Positions 11,114-22,035 of a DNA stretch of 64,000 nt are shown piece after piece. Position numbers and translations under genes: made by a program. The stretch is from assembly GCA_038845975.1 (NCBI GenBank), contig JAWBQF010000001.1:32733-96732 (forward strand), given 5' to 3'. The notes beneath the pieces were generated by a model. It worked only from the letters and a program-made list of their open reading frames with translations. It was not told the DNA's origin and did no database searches. The stretch is from Candidatus Methanomethylicia archaeon. Its GTDB lineage: Archaea; Thermoproteota; Methanomethylicia; CALHIW01. Numbering within the stretch: position 1 is the first letter of the stretch; each line of letters begins with the position of its first letter.

Positions 11114-11752
11114 ATGTTAAGTGAGGCTGATGGTGCTTTCCTTGTATCTATTGCTAGACGAGCTGTTGAAACATATTTGAAGCATGGATATAAAATCGAG
11201 CCCCCTAAAGATACTCCGGGACATTTAATGGAGAAAATGGGTGTGTTTGTTACTATTGAAAGAATATATTTTGTTAAAGGTCAACGTAGAAAGGAGCTTA
11301 GAGGATGTATTGGATACCCTGAACCTATTCTACCACTAGTTGAGGCAACAATAGATAGTGCATTAAATGCCGCATTTAATGATCCTCGCTTCAATCCCTT
11401 AAAGGAGAATGAGCTTAACAAAGTTATTTTTGAGTTAAGCGTTTTAACACCACCTAAATTATTAAGTGTAAGTAGACCTGAAGAATATCCAAAAATGATA
11501 AAGGTTGGAAGGGATGGTTTAATCGTTGAAAGAGCATTTTATAAAGGATTACTTCTACCACAAGTTGCTGTTGAGTGGGGCTGGGATGAAGAAACATTCC
11601 TTGCTGAAGTATGTCTTAAAGCTGGTTTGCCTCCAGATGCATGGCTTTTAAAGGGGACTAAAATCTATGTTTTCCAAGCTGAAATATTTACAGAGCTTGA
11701 ACCGAATGGACATGTAATAAAAATGGACATCTCTAAGGGTATTGAGAAATAA
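11114..11752 (+). CDS. AMMECR1 family protein
   Basis: GVFVT, LRGCIG, DPRF and GLLLPQVAVE motifs. Confidence 0.93.
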   Translation: MLSEADGAFLVSIARRAVETYLKHGYKIEPPKDTPGHLMEKMGVFVTIERIYFVKGQRRKELRGCIGYPEPILPLVEATIDSALNAAFNDPRFNPLKENELNKVIFELSVLTPPKLLSVSRPEEYPKMIKVGRDGLIVERAFYKGLLLPQVAVEWGWDEETFLAEVCLKAGLPPDAWLLKGTKIYVFQAEIFTELEPNGHVIKMDISKGIEK

Positions 11753-12922
11753 TTATTTCAACTCCTTTACTACTACTGTTTTATACTCTTTATTAACAAT
11801 ACTTATCCAATTAATATCTTCTAAAATTCCTATAATGTTTTTAAGATCAACTTCTAGAGCATATTTTCCTGTAGTTAAACTACATTCCTGTACTTCCCAA
11901 TCATTGTATAATCCAATTTCTTCAGCAATTCTTCTAATTTTATATTTGCTAAGTCCTTTTAAAGGTTTAAATATAGGCACATTGATGAATCCATCTATAG
12001 ATAATATGTTTGATTTGTATGATCTATATTCTTCACAAACTACAATACCATTAGCTTTAATGTCCTTACAAAGCTTCTCCACTACCTTATACATTATCAT
12101 TCTACATACAGTACAAATCATTTCTCTAGATATCTTCCTGTTAAGCTCTTCAATAGAATATGTATGGTTAAATAAATATATCTTAAGCTTTTCTTCAGGT
12201 ATATATTCCCGTAATCTCCTCAATATATTAGTAATCCTAGCTTCATATTCTCCTGAAGCATATTGATCTAAGCTAAACTGTACAGGTACTATTACGTATC
12301 CTTCTCTAGCCATAATCCATGTAGAAATAGCACTCTTAATATCCCCTAGTATTATCGATAAAATTTTTCCTCTAATACCATATGGTAACCCTCCAACACC
12401 TTTATACTTTTCAAAATATATGTATGATTTTCTACCTTTAACATTAACAAATACTTTAATGTGAGGTTTCCTTAAACTGGTTTTAACATTTTCAATTCCC
12501 TTTTCTTCAGCTCTTGATAGTATTTCTGCACTAAGACAAACTTCAATATCCCTACTTGTAAATGATAAGTTTTCAAGCTGCCCCCTAACCCTAACAGCAA
12601 ACGTACTTCCTCTACTAATTCTTCTAGCTACAACTTGAGATCCTATACTTGTAATTTCATGAATATCTGTCTTAACTTCAACAGCTGGAATTATTGATGC
12701 AACACCAAAAACTGTTATTATATACTTTAAAATGCTTAAAGGATCTTCAGAGTAAATAAATACTTCACTACTTCCAACAGCTATTTTAAACCTACCAATA
12801 TTATATTTCAAAAGTTTAAACTTTAGGTTTTCAGCTAGCTTATTTAGTACCTTTCTATAGGTATATCTGCTCCCAAAAATATTCTCTCTACATTTAATAA
12901 TTAAAACATTATAGTCAACCAT
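11753..12922 (-). CDS. thiI: ThiI-like THUMP-domain protein with a degenerate PP-loop
   Basis: THUMP domain, G.GGLP.G..GK and CxxC.R.M motifs; the SGGxDS position reads LGDIKS. Confidence 0.7.
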   Translation of the reverse strand: MVDYNVLIIKCRENIFGSRYTYRKVLNKLAENLKFKLLKYNIGRFKIAVGSSEVFIYSEDPLSILKYIITVFGVASIIPAVEVKTDIHEITSIGSQVVARRISRGSTFAVRVRGQLENLSFTSRDIEVCLSAEILSRAEEKGIENVKTSLRKPHIKVFVNVKGRKSYIYFEKYKGVGGLPYGIRGKILSIILGDIKSAISTWIMAREGYVIVPVQFSLDQYASGEYEARITNILRRLREYIPEEKLKIYLFNHTYSIEELNRKISREMICTVCRMIMYKVVEKLCKDIKANGIVVCEEYRSYKSNILSIDGFINVPIFKPLKGLSKYKIRRIAEEIGLYNDWEVQECSLTTGKYALEVDLKNIIGILEDINWISIVNKEYKTVVVKELK

Positions 12923-12980
12923 ACCTAACTCTTACTCTAGTTAAATGTATGTTTGACTGTTAACTTAGTTTAAATGCTAA

Positions 12981-13739
12981 CTATGTCTCACCACATTCAC
13001 ACCATACTTCATGTATTAAACCGTAAAGCTCCTCAAATCCTTTACTAGTAGTTGCTGATATAGGTATTATTGTTTTTATCGGGGTTATGTTGATTAGGAC
13101 ATCAGTACATTTTAAGGCTAAATCTCTCTGAACACCATTAATTTTCCTAATAGCCTTTCTAAGCATTCTTCTATTAGAAACTATTTTAATAACTTCTTTA
13201 GATGTCACTAAGTCAAACTTATTTATAACAGCTAACGTTGGCGTTTCAAGCTTAAGCCTAACAATAAGATTTAATAATTCCATCACTACTACTTCAACTG
13301 GGCTTATTAGCGTTTTTGGGTCTATGAGGAGTATCGATATAGTCCTAATATGTTGTCTAATAGCTCTTATAATTTCTACCCCGCTCCTATGGAATAAAAA
13401 TATTTCCATTTGACCAGGTGTATCGATTAAGTACATGTTCTTATTGATATTCAGAATATTATTAACGATCTCTCCGCTTTTAGCTTCCATAAGCTCAGCA
13501 GCTCTAATTACAGCTCCATTAGGTCCCAGTTTCTCTTTAGTCATTATATCCTCAACATCAATTATCGATCTAATATCATAATCTGCATTATAAGGTATGT
13601 TTCTAGCCGCGGGATCTAAGTTAATTAATGCCGTATCAATATCTAGCTCTGAAAGCCAATAACCGAATCTATGTGTAAGTGTAGTTTTTCCACTACCCGC
13701 AGGGCCAAGAAGTACAATACATGTTTTATTTTTACTCAT
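12981..13739 (-). CDS. GPN-loop GTPase
   Basis: GPAGSGKTT, NLDPA, LGPNGA, DTPGQME and NKFD motifs. Confidence 0.92.
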   Translation of the reverse strand: MSKNKTCIVLLGPAGSGKTTLTHRFGYWLSELDIDTALINLDPAARNIPYNADYDIRSIIDVEDIMTKEKLGPNGAVIRAAELMEAKSGEIVNNILNINKNMYLIDTPGQMEIFLFHRSGVEIIRAIRQHIRTISILLIDPKTLISPVEVVVMELLNLIVRLKLETPTLAVINKFDLVTSKEVIKIVSNRRMLRKAIRKINGVQRDLALKCTDVLINITPIKTIIPISATTSKGFEELYGLIHEVWCECGET

Positions 13740-14714
13740 GATTACACATAGACTATTAAGCTTAAATACTTATGACTCTAACCATTATTTTCTCTGAAAC
13801 TAACTACCTTTATGATCTTATGTCTTAATGATTGCTAGAAGCTAAGATGAAATCTCTAGATTTAGATAACTAAATAATTTAGATATTCATTATTAACTTA
13901 AGCCATTAATTACCTCTACTTCCATATCTAAGCCTACCATAAATGTTTTTACTCTGAATACTCAGAAATTTGTAAAAATAAAAATCACAATTTCTAATTA
14001 CTATAACATCAGCTAACCGTTATTGTACTATTTCCTCAAATAAATAAGCCCAATTTCCTCTAGAAAACACCTCCTTAATGAGGAGTATACAATAAAGCCG
14101 GAATATATCTACTAGGGAGTTTAAAACTAAGTTTAATTAACTCTAGTTTTTAGAAGTGAATTTACATTCAATCGAATTAAGAAGGCAAGTACTTCAAGAT
14201 AAGCCTTAAACCCTTTAATCTATAAAAGACATTAACTCATTCTTAAATTGTTTAAGAATTTAGAAGTCAAAACCTAGGCATTGAAGGTTGTGAAGAAACT
14301 TTTAAACTGATTAATGAATCAAACTTGTAAGATGGGAGTCAATAAACAACTCATAATCCTAGTTTGGATTTAAACCATGGAATATAGTCATGTAATGCAT
14401 ATATAATATTGCATCTACCAATTTTGACTGCTTTCTTGTTAGTGTTTCTTAATCAAATAAATGGGTAAGAAGAGTAGTAATATTTAAAATGCCTATTACG
14501 ATAAATAAAATCCTAATCTATAGGTAATAAGAGGACTATTGGCTGAAATTCTTCTGAAAATTATAATACTACTAAGTCATATTATAGCTAGAGGTATGAA
14601 GACTGTTAGTAATTCTACTAATCTATGCAGTATTTCAAGAATAGATAGCTACAATTTTAAATATTTTCATGCTCTAGATACATTAATATTGCTCTATATT
14701 AGAAATTGTAAGCT

Positions 14715-14900
14715 ATGATATACATAGTGCTTTTATGTCCGTTTTGTAAATCACCTAGAATTGTTAGAGCAAACCAGAAAACAGCTTTATGCTATACATG
14801 TAATAAGAGATTTAGTATTCTGAAATGTAGGAAACTATATTCATCAGATAACCTTAAAGTTGCTATGGAGATCCTTAAAAAAGTAAAGACTAATAGGTAA
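14715..14900 (+). CDS. Small Zn-ribbon protein (DUF1922-like)
   Basis: CPFC..QKTA.CYTC pattern in a 61-aa ORF. Confidence 0.6.
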   Translation: MIYIVLLCPFCKSPRIVRANQKTALCYTCNKRFSILKCRKLYSSDNLKVAMEILKKVKTNR

Positions 14901-15007
14901 ATCTATTCTGTATCTTATGAACTTAGATGTAAAGGTAGTGTAGTTGATGGTTTAATTCAATACAATCCTAGGTACAGTAAATTTTTAAGTCTTAATTTAT
15001 ACTATAC

Positions 15008-15068
15008 ATGGCGGATGAAGATAACTCTCTATCTGATAGATGAAGATCGATGGGCGAATTGACGCCAT
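15008..15068 (+). ncRNA. Box C/D methylation-guide sRNA
   Basis: Terminal stem ATGGCG/CGCCAT; C box ATGAAGA (15015), D' CTGA (15033), C' ATGAAGA (15040), variant D TTGA (15059); guides of 11 and 12 nt; TATA TTTTTAAG at 14982. Confidence 0.82.
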
Positions 15069-15525
15069 AATTTTAAATTTTTAAGTATAGAAAAGCGTCG
15101 ACGTCTAGAAGCTCTATACTATTTAAGAGGTAAAGAAATTCTTGATGTTACTACCTATACTATCCGGTAATGGGATGGCAGAGTAGTATTAAAACGTGTT
15201 GGAACAATTGATGGTCATAGAAGAAGTCTTAAGAACAAGATAAAGCAAATTTAGGGTTAGGAGAAAAATAAATTATTACGGATACGTAAAGCTTTTTTCA
15301 ACATAAAGGGATAATTTGAAGAGGTAAAAGTAGCTATTAGTGGATTATACTAAATAGAATGGTAAAGTTCAAACTCCCCAAGATATTAGCTCTGAACTTA
15401 ATGAGAGGGAAGTATTTTCTAAAGTTTAGGTTTCTAAGGGAGAATTTCAAAATCATAGTTGCTTAGGAGGATGAGCTTACAAGAACTGGATTTAAAGATT
15501 TAATTAAGCTTATGATGTTTAGAGT

Positions 15526-17313
15526 TTAGGCTTCCTCAATAGTCTTTTCTTTAGTTTCAGTAACTACTTTTCTTTGGGAATAGTACATTTCTATAACCTC
15601 CTTAATTGTCGTTGCTTGTTCAGGTGATTTATCCGCTCTAAAGCTTACTAAGCGTGGAAATCTTAAAGCTAGGCCTGCATCTTTTTTAATGATTCCATAT
15701 CCACATGTATGCAAGGGTGAGAGAGTGATTTCATCAGCTTTTACTTCAAGAACAAGTTTTGGTATAAACCATACATCTGCCTCCATATTAGTATTAACTC
15801 TGGCATGTCTATGAGGTATAATGTAGGGCTTAAATATTTCTGGTAGTTTCTGTAGGTCTTCATCTGTAAATCCACTTCCAAGTTTACATATACTATAGAA
15901 CTCATCCTTCTCTTCATCGTACGCAGCCATTAGGAGTGCACCATATGATCCTGCACGTTTACCCTTACCGTAAAATGCTCCAATAGCTACTAGATCCAGT
16001 GTATCTGCAAGCTCCCCCTTATATGATCTCTTATACTTAATCCATAGGTATCCCCTTGCTCCAGCTTGATATACTGAATCATTTTGAATGGATTTACACA
16101 TTATTCCCTCACAGCCATTGGATATGGCCTCGTTCATATATTTTTCAAGATCATCAGATGTTTTAGCGATTTTATGCATTGATATTTTAACCCAATCTGT
16201 TTCCCTTATTATTTTTGCAAGTGTTTCTCTTCTTTCCAGAAAAGGTATTAATGTATAGTCCACTCCGTCAACATATAAAACATCGAATGCAAAAAAGACA
16301 ACTGGAAGTTCTTTAGCTACCTCCTCAACATCGTATTTTCTACCTCTTCTATGAGCAACCATCTGGAATGGAAGCATTTCACCAGTATCTGGATTAACTG
16401 CTACTCCTTCCCCTTCAATTATTGCTTCTCTAGCTATAATTGCATCTCTAATGTTTTTAGCTACATCTGGAAATTGTGAGGTTATGTTCTCAAGTCTTCT
16501 TGAGAATAGTCTAACATCTTTGCCTTTAACATGTGCCTGTATTCTTATACCATCATACTTATACTCAACGAAAGCTATACCATTAAGTTTTTCCAGAATT
16601 TCCTCAGCCGATGTAAGTCTTTCAGCAAGCATTGGTCTAATAGGGTTTCCAATTGATATTTTGAATTTTTTAACCCCATTTATTCCCTCTTCAGCTAATA
16701 CTCTTGCAACTCTACCTATATCACTACAAAGATTGTATGCTCTTTCAATATATTCCCTAACTTCCTTACTGCCACCGAATGCTACGGCTAATGCATCAAG
16801 AATTGTCATGTCAGCAATACCAAGCCTTAGTTTTCCAATAACAAATCTTGCAATAAATTTAGCTTCTTGAGGATTTGCATCATTGAAGAGACTTGTTAAA
16901 ATCCTAACTTTAATGTCTTGAGCTCCCTGTCCAGTAGCTCTAGCCATTTTCTCAAATCCTTCATAAACTCTCTCAACAGTAAGAGGTTCTGAAAATAGTG
17001 ATAGCTGTGCTTTTCTAGAAAGTATTTTCTTAGCTGTTTCTCCAAGATCTCCTATTTTTTCATATTCTTCTTCAACTATTTTTTCATTTATTCCTGCTGA
17101 TATTGCTAATGCCTTCATTGCAAGTTTTTCAGCAACTCCAATTTCAACTCCAGTAAACGGAGGATATAGCTGACCTAGAGTAAGATTAATAACTTTCTCA
17201 ATAAGGTTTTTAGGTGTTTTCTTTATAAGGTCAGCAAGATAATATGTTATTTCATTTCTTTTTGTTGTCCCCTCAATTTTATCATAAGCTTCTATGAGTT
17301 CTTCAAGTCTCAT
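15526..17313 (-). CDS. lig: ATP-dependent DNA ligase
   Basis: EYKYDGIR (motif I), EGIMCK, WIKYK and LRFPR motifs. Confidence 0.97.
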   Translation of the reverse strand: MRLEELIEAYDKIEGTTKRNEITYYLADLIKKTPKNLIEKVINLTLGQLYPPFTGVEIGVAEKLAMKALAISAGINEKIVEEEYEKIGDLGETAKKILSRKAQLSLFSEPLTVERVYEGFEKMARATGQGAQDIKVRILTSLFNDANPQEAKFIARFVIGKLRLGIADMTILDALAVAFGGSKEVREYIERAYNLCSDIGRVARVLAEEGINGVKKFKISIGNPIRPMLAERLTSAEEILEKLNGIAFVEYKYDGIRIQAHVKGKDVRLFSRRLENITSQFPDVAKNIRDAIIAREAIIEGEGVAVNPDTGEMLPFQMVAHRRGRKYDVEEVAKELPVVFFAFDVLYVDGVDYTLIPFLERRETLAKIIRETDWVKISMHKIAKTSDDLEKYMNEAISNGCEGIMCKSIQNDSVYQAGARGYLWIKYKRSYKGELADTLDLVAIGAFYGKGKRAGSYGALLMAAYDEEKDEFYSICKLGSGFTDEDLQKLPEIFKPYIIPHRHARVNTNMEADVWFIPKLVLEVKADEITLSPLHTCGYGIIKKDAGLALRFPRLVSFRADKSPEQATTIKEVIEMYYSQRKVVTETKEKTIEEA

Positions 17314-17891
17314 TAACCACCGCCCTGGGTTTTTTCAACCATTCTCTCTAGAGTCCATCGTATAGAATTCTTTAATTCCACTATTCTTCTTCTATCAGTA
17401 ATGTTTTTAATTTCAAGTCCTTTAAAAACATTGTCTTCAATTTTAACATTATACTCTATGATTTTATCCGCTGGAAGCTGTCCCTTCTCAACTTTTTCTA
17501 GGTCTGCATTTCTCATTCCCTCTAAAACCTTATTTATAAGAAATGTCCTTAAGGGAGGTATTTCAGGATCTAGTTTTAGGTTTTGTGAAACTTCAACTCT
17601 AATGTAGTTATCTCCCTCTATAAATTTTCCAAGAACAGCTCCTGTTTTTAAAGCTCTTAGAATACTTTCAACTTCTCCTGCTTTAGGTGTTGAAATTTGT
17701 GATGGTGTTGGTGCTGTTATCATTTCTGCAGCTGTTTTAAAAGAGGATTTTGAAAGCTGATCATCAACAAGCTTTAAACATATTTTTAAATCGTTTAAAA
17801 CCTTTTCATATTCTGTAATACGTTCCTCTAATGATTTTTTAAGGTTAGCGAGTTTTTTAATTTCCTCCTCGTTTAACGACATTATAATCAA
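17313..17891 (-). CDS. Hypothetical protein with N-terminal coiled coil, coupled to lig
   Basis: 192-aa ORF whose stop codon overlaps the lig start. Confidence 0.65.
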   Translation of the reverse strand: MIIMSLNEEEIKKLANLKKSLEERITEYEKVLNDLKICLKLVDDQLSKSSFKTAAEMITAPTPSQISTPKAGEVESILRALKTGAVLGKFIEGDNYIRVEVSQNLKLDPEIPPLRTFLINKVLEGMRNADLEKVEKGQLPADKIIEYNVKIEDNVFKGLEIKNITDRRRIVELKNSIRWTLERMVEKTQGGG

Positions 17892-17948
17892 TATACTATG
17901 ATTAGCTAGGGTTAATTAATATTACGGTATTTTAATAGTATTATTACG

Positions 17949-19307
17949 TTACTTCATTAATGTATTCCTCAATATTGTCTCAGCATATTTTAATAGTTTA
18001 TCTAGATCCTTCAATGTCTTTGCTTCTACTGTAATCTTTATTTGTGGTTGTGTATTTGACGGTCTTATAAGAATCCATCCATTATCAAGAATAGCTTTAA
18101 CCCCGTCGATTTCAATAGTTTTATAACCTTTCTCCTTAAAGTGTTTCTTAATTTTCTCTACAATTTCAAACTTTAAATTATCGGGGCAGCTATATGTTTT
18201 TACTGGTGATGAGTAATATTTAGGTATTTCATCTACAATCTCTGAGAAGCTTTTATTACTTAATGATAATATCTCAATCATTTTCATAGCTGCATATATT
18301 GAATCGTCAAAGCCATAAGTATCTTTAAAGTAGAAGTGGCTACTTTTCTCCCCTCCGATTTCAGCCTTTTCGCTAATCATAAGCTGAGTTATATATGCAT
18401 GTCCTACTCTGCTTTCTATAGGTATTCCACCGAGATCTCTTACGACTTCCTCAACTATTCTTGAACAGCTTACTTCAAATACTACTTTACCTCTCTTAGT
18501 TTTTGGTAGGTAATGTTTTGCAAATATAACCAATGCTATATCTCCTGGAACTATGTTTCCATTATTATCTATAAATACTGCTCTATCAGCATCTCCATCA
18601 AACCCAATTCCTATATCAAGCTTTTTATCTACAACAAGATCTTTGAGTTGTTTTAATGTTTCATCATTGGGTTCAGGTATATGTCCTGGAAACCTACCAT
18701 CAGCTTCTCCATTTAAAACCAAATATTTGCATTTAGCTATTTCTAATAGTCTTGGAACTACAAATACTCCAGCACCATTACTTAAGTCAACACCAACTTT
18801 TAAGCTACGTTTAATCTTAATTAGCCTCATAATGAAACTCACATAGTCATCTATTATGTTGTAGTATCTTGTAGCAATTCCTCTTGAAGCATTTGGTTTT
18901 AGATTTGGATTTAATGTAAGGCTTTTAATATTTTCCATCCCAATTCCTTCACCTATAACTAGTCCTCTTTCCCTACATAGCTTAAACCCATTCCATTCAG
19001 GTGGATTATGACTAGCAGTAACCATTACTCCACCGTCATATCCACCATGAACTATTGAGAAGTAAAGTATCGGAGTTGCAACAATTCCAATATCTACTAC
19101 GTAGCATCCAGCATCTATAACTCCATTAATGAAGTTGTTTTTTAGGGATTCTCCACTAATCCTAACATCACTACCTATGGTTATTCTTTTTCCCTTCCCA
19201 ATGTATTTCCCGTAAGCTAAACCAATCCTATATGCATCATCATCTGTTAGGTCAATACCGTATACCCCACGTATATCATAAGCTCTAAATATACTATCCT
19301 TAACCAT
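17949..19307 (-). CDS. Phosphomannomutase/phosphoglucomutase
   Basis: FRAYDIRG, TASHNP, FDGDADR, GEKSSH and RPSNTQP motifs. Confidence 0.95.
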   Translation of the reverse strand: MVKDSIFRAYDIRGVYGIDLTDDDAYRIGLAYGKYIGKGKRITIGSDVRISGESLKNNFINGVIDAGCYVVDIGIVATPILYFSIVHGGYDGGVMVTASHNPPEWNGFKLCRERGLVIGEGIGMENIKSLTLNPNLKPNASRGIATRYYNIIDDYVSFIMRLIKIKRSLKVGVDLSNGAGVFVVPRLLEIAKCKYLVLNGEADGRFPGHIPEPNDETLKQLKDLVVDKKLDIGIGFDGDADRAVFIDNNGNIVPGDIALVIFAKHYLPKTKRGKVVFEVSCSRIVEEVVRDLGGIPIESRVGHAYITQLMISEKAEIGGEKSSHFYFKDTYGFDDSIYAAMKMIEILSLSNKSFSEIVDEIPKYYSSPVKTYSCPDNLKFEIVEKIKKHFKEKGYKTIEIDGVKAILDNGWILIRPSNTQPQIKITVEAKTLKDLDKLLKYAETILRNTLMK

Positions 19308-19350
19308 AAAAATGAAGTTATTAAAGAAATTTAAATGTTATGAAGTATTA

Positions 19351-19872
19351 TCAATACTTTTCTAAGTGTATTTTTCTTGATAACGGTATTCTTTCAGGTT
19401 TAAGTGGTTTTTCAGCCGGTATTCCAATAGGTATTATAGCTACAGGTCTAACATGTTCTGGTATGTTGAGGATTTGTGAAACTTTTCTCTCACTAAATGC
19501 TCCAATCCAGCATGCTCCATAACCTAGAGCATATGCTGCTAGAATTAATCCATATGTTGCTGCAGCTGTATCTTGAATACAGTATAGGTTTTCCCCTCTA
19601 TCTCCATAACGTGATGATGATATACGTTTATTAGCGCATACAACCACGACTATAGGCGCCCCACTTATAAAATCTTGTCCGTAAGCTGCATCAACAAGCT
19701 TCCTCTTAGTTTCTTCGTTTTTAACTATTACAAACTCCCATGGTTGAAGATTTCCAGCTGATGGTGCCTGGATAGCATAATCCAAGATTTTCATTAAGTC
19801 TTCTTCAGGAATTGGACTACTTTTAAAACTTCTTATACTTGTCCTTTCATAAATAGCTTTAAATAAATCCAT
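19351..19872 (-). CDS. Nitroreductase family protein
   Basis: RTSIRSF, APSAGNLQPW and GYGACWIGAF motifs. Confidence 0.92.
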   Translation of the reverse strand: MDLFKAIYERTSIRSFKSSPIPEEDLMKILDYAIQAPSAGNLQPWEFVIVKNEETKRKLVDAAYGQDFISGAPIVVVVCANKRISSSRYGDRGENLYCIQDTAAATYGLILAAYALGYGACWIGAFSERKVSQILNIPEHVRPVAIIPIGIPAEKPLKPERIPLSRKIHLEKY

Positions 19873-20125
19873 CCTCCCACTAGTTTCTGTAGTTTAGATA
19901 CTATATTAGGTTTTCGACAAATTACTAGCGACTTTAATGAACCCTAAATATGGAAGGTATATGTGTTAATGGCTAGTTAACAAGATGTTACTAGTATAGA
20001 ACGTCTCGTGAACTTAAGCAATCACCATACTCCCCATATCTAAAGCTAACGGAGCTGTCTAGAGTTCATGTAAACTTGATATGCCCATTAATAAATAATT
20101 TGCAGATCCTATATGGCTTAGCATA

Positions 20126-20611
20126 TTAACGTTTATAGCCTATATCTCTTAAGAACTTTTTCCGTTCCTCCTTCTCTTTTTCTCCCTCTACACCTTTAGA
20201 TTTAAATCCATCAACAACCCCAAGGATCCCTCTTCCATTTTCAGTTTCAGCAATTATAACTTCAACAGGATTTGCTGTTGCACAATATATAGTACATACT
20301 TCTTGAATGTTTTTTATAGTATTCAGAACATTTATTGGATATATGTTTCCAAGAACAATTATGAAAAAATGTCCAGAGCTTACTGCTAAAGCATTTTTAA
20401 CAGCTATATTTTCTAGTTCAGAATCTGTTCCATCATGTCTTATAAGGCATGGTCCTGAAGACTCGCAGAATGCAACTCCAAATTTGGCTCCAGGTACTGA
20501 TGTTACTATTGCCTCATAAATGTCCTCGACAGTCTTAATAAAATGGGACTGCCCAAGAACAACATTACATCCCTTAGGAAAATCTATTTTAACAGTTTTT
20601 ATTTCAACCAT
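20126..20611 (-). CDS. Adenosine-specific kinase family protein (DUF355)
   Basis: GQSHFIKTVED, FCESSG, ATANP and LRDIGYK motifs. Confidence 0.9.
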   Translation of the reverse strand: MVEIKTVKIDFPKGCNVVLGQSHFIKTVEDIYEAIVTSVPGAKFGVAFCESSGPCLIRHDGTDSELENIAVKNALAVSSGHFFIIVLGNIYPINVLNTIKNIQEVCTIYCATANPVEVIIAETENGRGILGVVDGFKSKGVEGEKEKEERKKFLRDIGYKR

Positions 20612-20713
20612 AAATTTTCTAGTATTCAGCCTCTCAAATACTTTTCCACTAAATTATTGAAGGCCGCGAAGTTATATAAAATCTGTAGAGTAGTAGTGTT
20701 GAGAGGTGTTCTT

Positions 20714-21358
20714 ATGTCTAGGAAATTTGCTAAGAAGTGGGTTAGTGAGCCTAGTAAATCAATGATTGAAAGAATCATGGAGACTGTTCATCCAAGTCCA
20801 AGTCTAAGAGAGAAACTTGCACAGACATTGTATAGAATTTCTATATTAAAATCCAGGCTTGAGCAGGAATCATATAAGCTTCAACAACGTGATAAAGAGC
20901 TATTTAATAAATGTGTTGATGCGTTATCTTCTAAAGATGAATTAAGAGCTAAAATCTATGCTACTGAATGTGCTGAAGTTAGGAAGACCGCTTCTCTCAT
21001 ATTGAGAAGTCAGCTTGCACTTGAACAAGTTCATTTAAGACTTCAAACAATACAGGAGTTTGGAGATATTACAGCTATTATTGCTCCAGTAACTAAGGTT
21101 GTTAGCGCTGTTAGGAGTCAGCTTTCAGGAATTATGCCTCAAGTAAGTTATGAGCTTAGCGAAGTAGGTGAGACCTTGAACTCGATAATGATTGATGCTG
21201 GAGTAGCTATTTCTGGAGGTATTGAAATAGAGGCTTCAAGCGAGGCACAAAGTATTCTAAGTGAAGCATCAATAGTTGCTGAGCAGAGAATGAGAGAAAA
21301 GTTCCCTGAAATACCTGTTTCACAGGCAATACCTGGAAGTGAGAAAACTGGAGGTTGA
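20714..21358 (+). CDS. ESCRT-III/Snf7 paralogue (CdvB1/B2-like, no winged helix)
   Basis: Snf7 core A.IYATECAEVRK..LEQVHLRLQT; ATG at 20714 follows GAGGTG, with TATA at 20672. Confidence 0.88.
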   Translation: MSRKFAKKWVSEPSKSMIERIMETVHPSPSLREKLAQTLYRISILKSRLEQESYKLQQRDKELFNKCVDALSSKDELRAKIYATECAEVRKTASLILRSQLALEQVHLRLQTIQEFGDITAIIAPVTKVVSAVRSQLSGIMPQVSYELSEVGETLNSIMIDAGVAISGGIEIEASSEAQSILSEASIVAEQRMREKFPEIPVSQAIPGSEKTGG

Positions 21359-21363
21359 TTTAA

Positions 21364-22035
21364 ATGTTGTTTGATAATATTAAGCATTTCTTATCGAAAA
21401 CCATTAAGGATAGCTATGGAAGAGATGTTGGGCAACTTATATGTATAAACCCAAATACTAAGAATGAAGTTGTATCTCTTAAGCTTAAACTAAGTGATAG
21501 AAACTTTACCCAGTTTCCAATTAGATATTTTAGGCTTGAAGGTAATCAGTTAATATTCTTATATGATTGGATGATAGATTCCGAGGATTTAATTAAAGAG
21601 TTTACATTATTATCGAAAAGAATGGAGGCACTTGAAGGTCTTCTCAGTAAAGGTGAAGTTTCAAAGGAGGTTTACGACGAGCTTAACAATATCTTTTCAA
21701 AACAATATGATACTCTTAAGGAAAAGCAGGAAAGCCTTATTAAGGAGCTCTCCAGAAACCTTGAAGAGATAGAAAATAGTATTAAGGAGCTAAATATTGC
21801 TCTTGCAGTTGTCAAAATGCAGAGAGTTCTGAAAGAAATTGATGAGGAAACATTTAAAAGCATAAGTCTAACCATCCAAACAGGTATTAATAAAGCCATA
21901 GCTGAGAAAAAAGATATTGAGCAGACAATTCAGAGAATAAAGAATCTATCAACTAAACCTATACAGCATCCAGTTGTTGATTCTAAGAAGGAAGGTAGAA
22001 CTGAACAACCATTAACTGTTCAGGTAATTGATTAG
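21364..22035 (+). CDS. cdvA: Cell-division protein CdvA
   Basis: PRC-barrel KDSYGRDVG, long coiled coil and C-terminal PLTVQVID ESCRT-III-binding peptide; lies in the cdv cluster. Confidence 0.85.
   Translation: MLFDNIKHFLSKTIKDSYGRDVGQLICINPNTKNEVVSLKLKLSDRNFTQFPIRYFRLEGNQLIFLYDWMIDSEDLIKEFTLLSKRMEALEGLLSKGEVSKEVYDELNNIFSKQYDTLKEKQESLIKELSRNLEEIENSIKELNIALAVVKMQRVLKEIDEETFKSISLTIQTGINKAIAEKKDIEQTIQRIKNLSTKPIQHPVVDSKKEGRTEQPLTVQVID

Noticed and set aside
11742-12266. Long antisense ORFs (also 16451-16870, 30045-30686, 43347-43727, 60782-61114 and others)
   Set aside because: They lie opposite well-supported genes and have no motifs of their own
20543-20713. N-terminal extension of the first ESCRT-III ORF
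   Set aside because: It overlaps the divergent gene; the TATA and RBS point to the ATG at 20714
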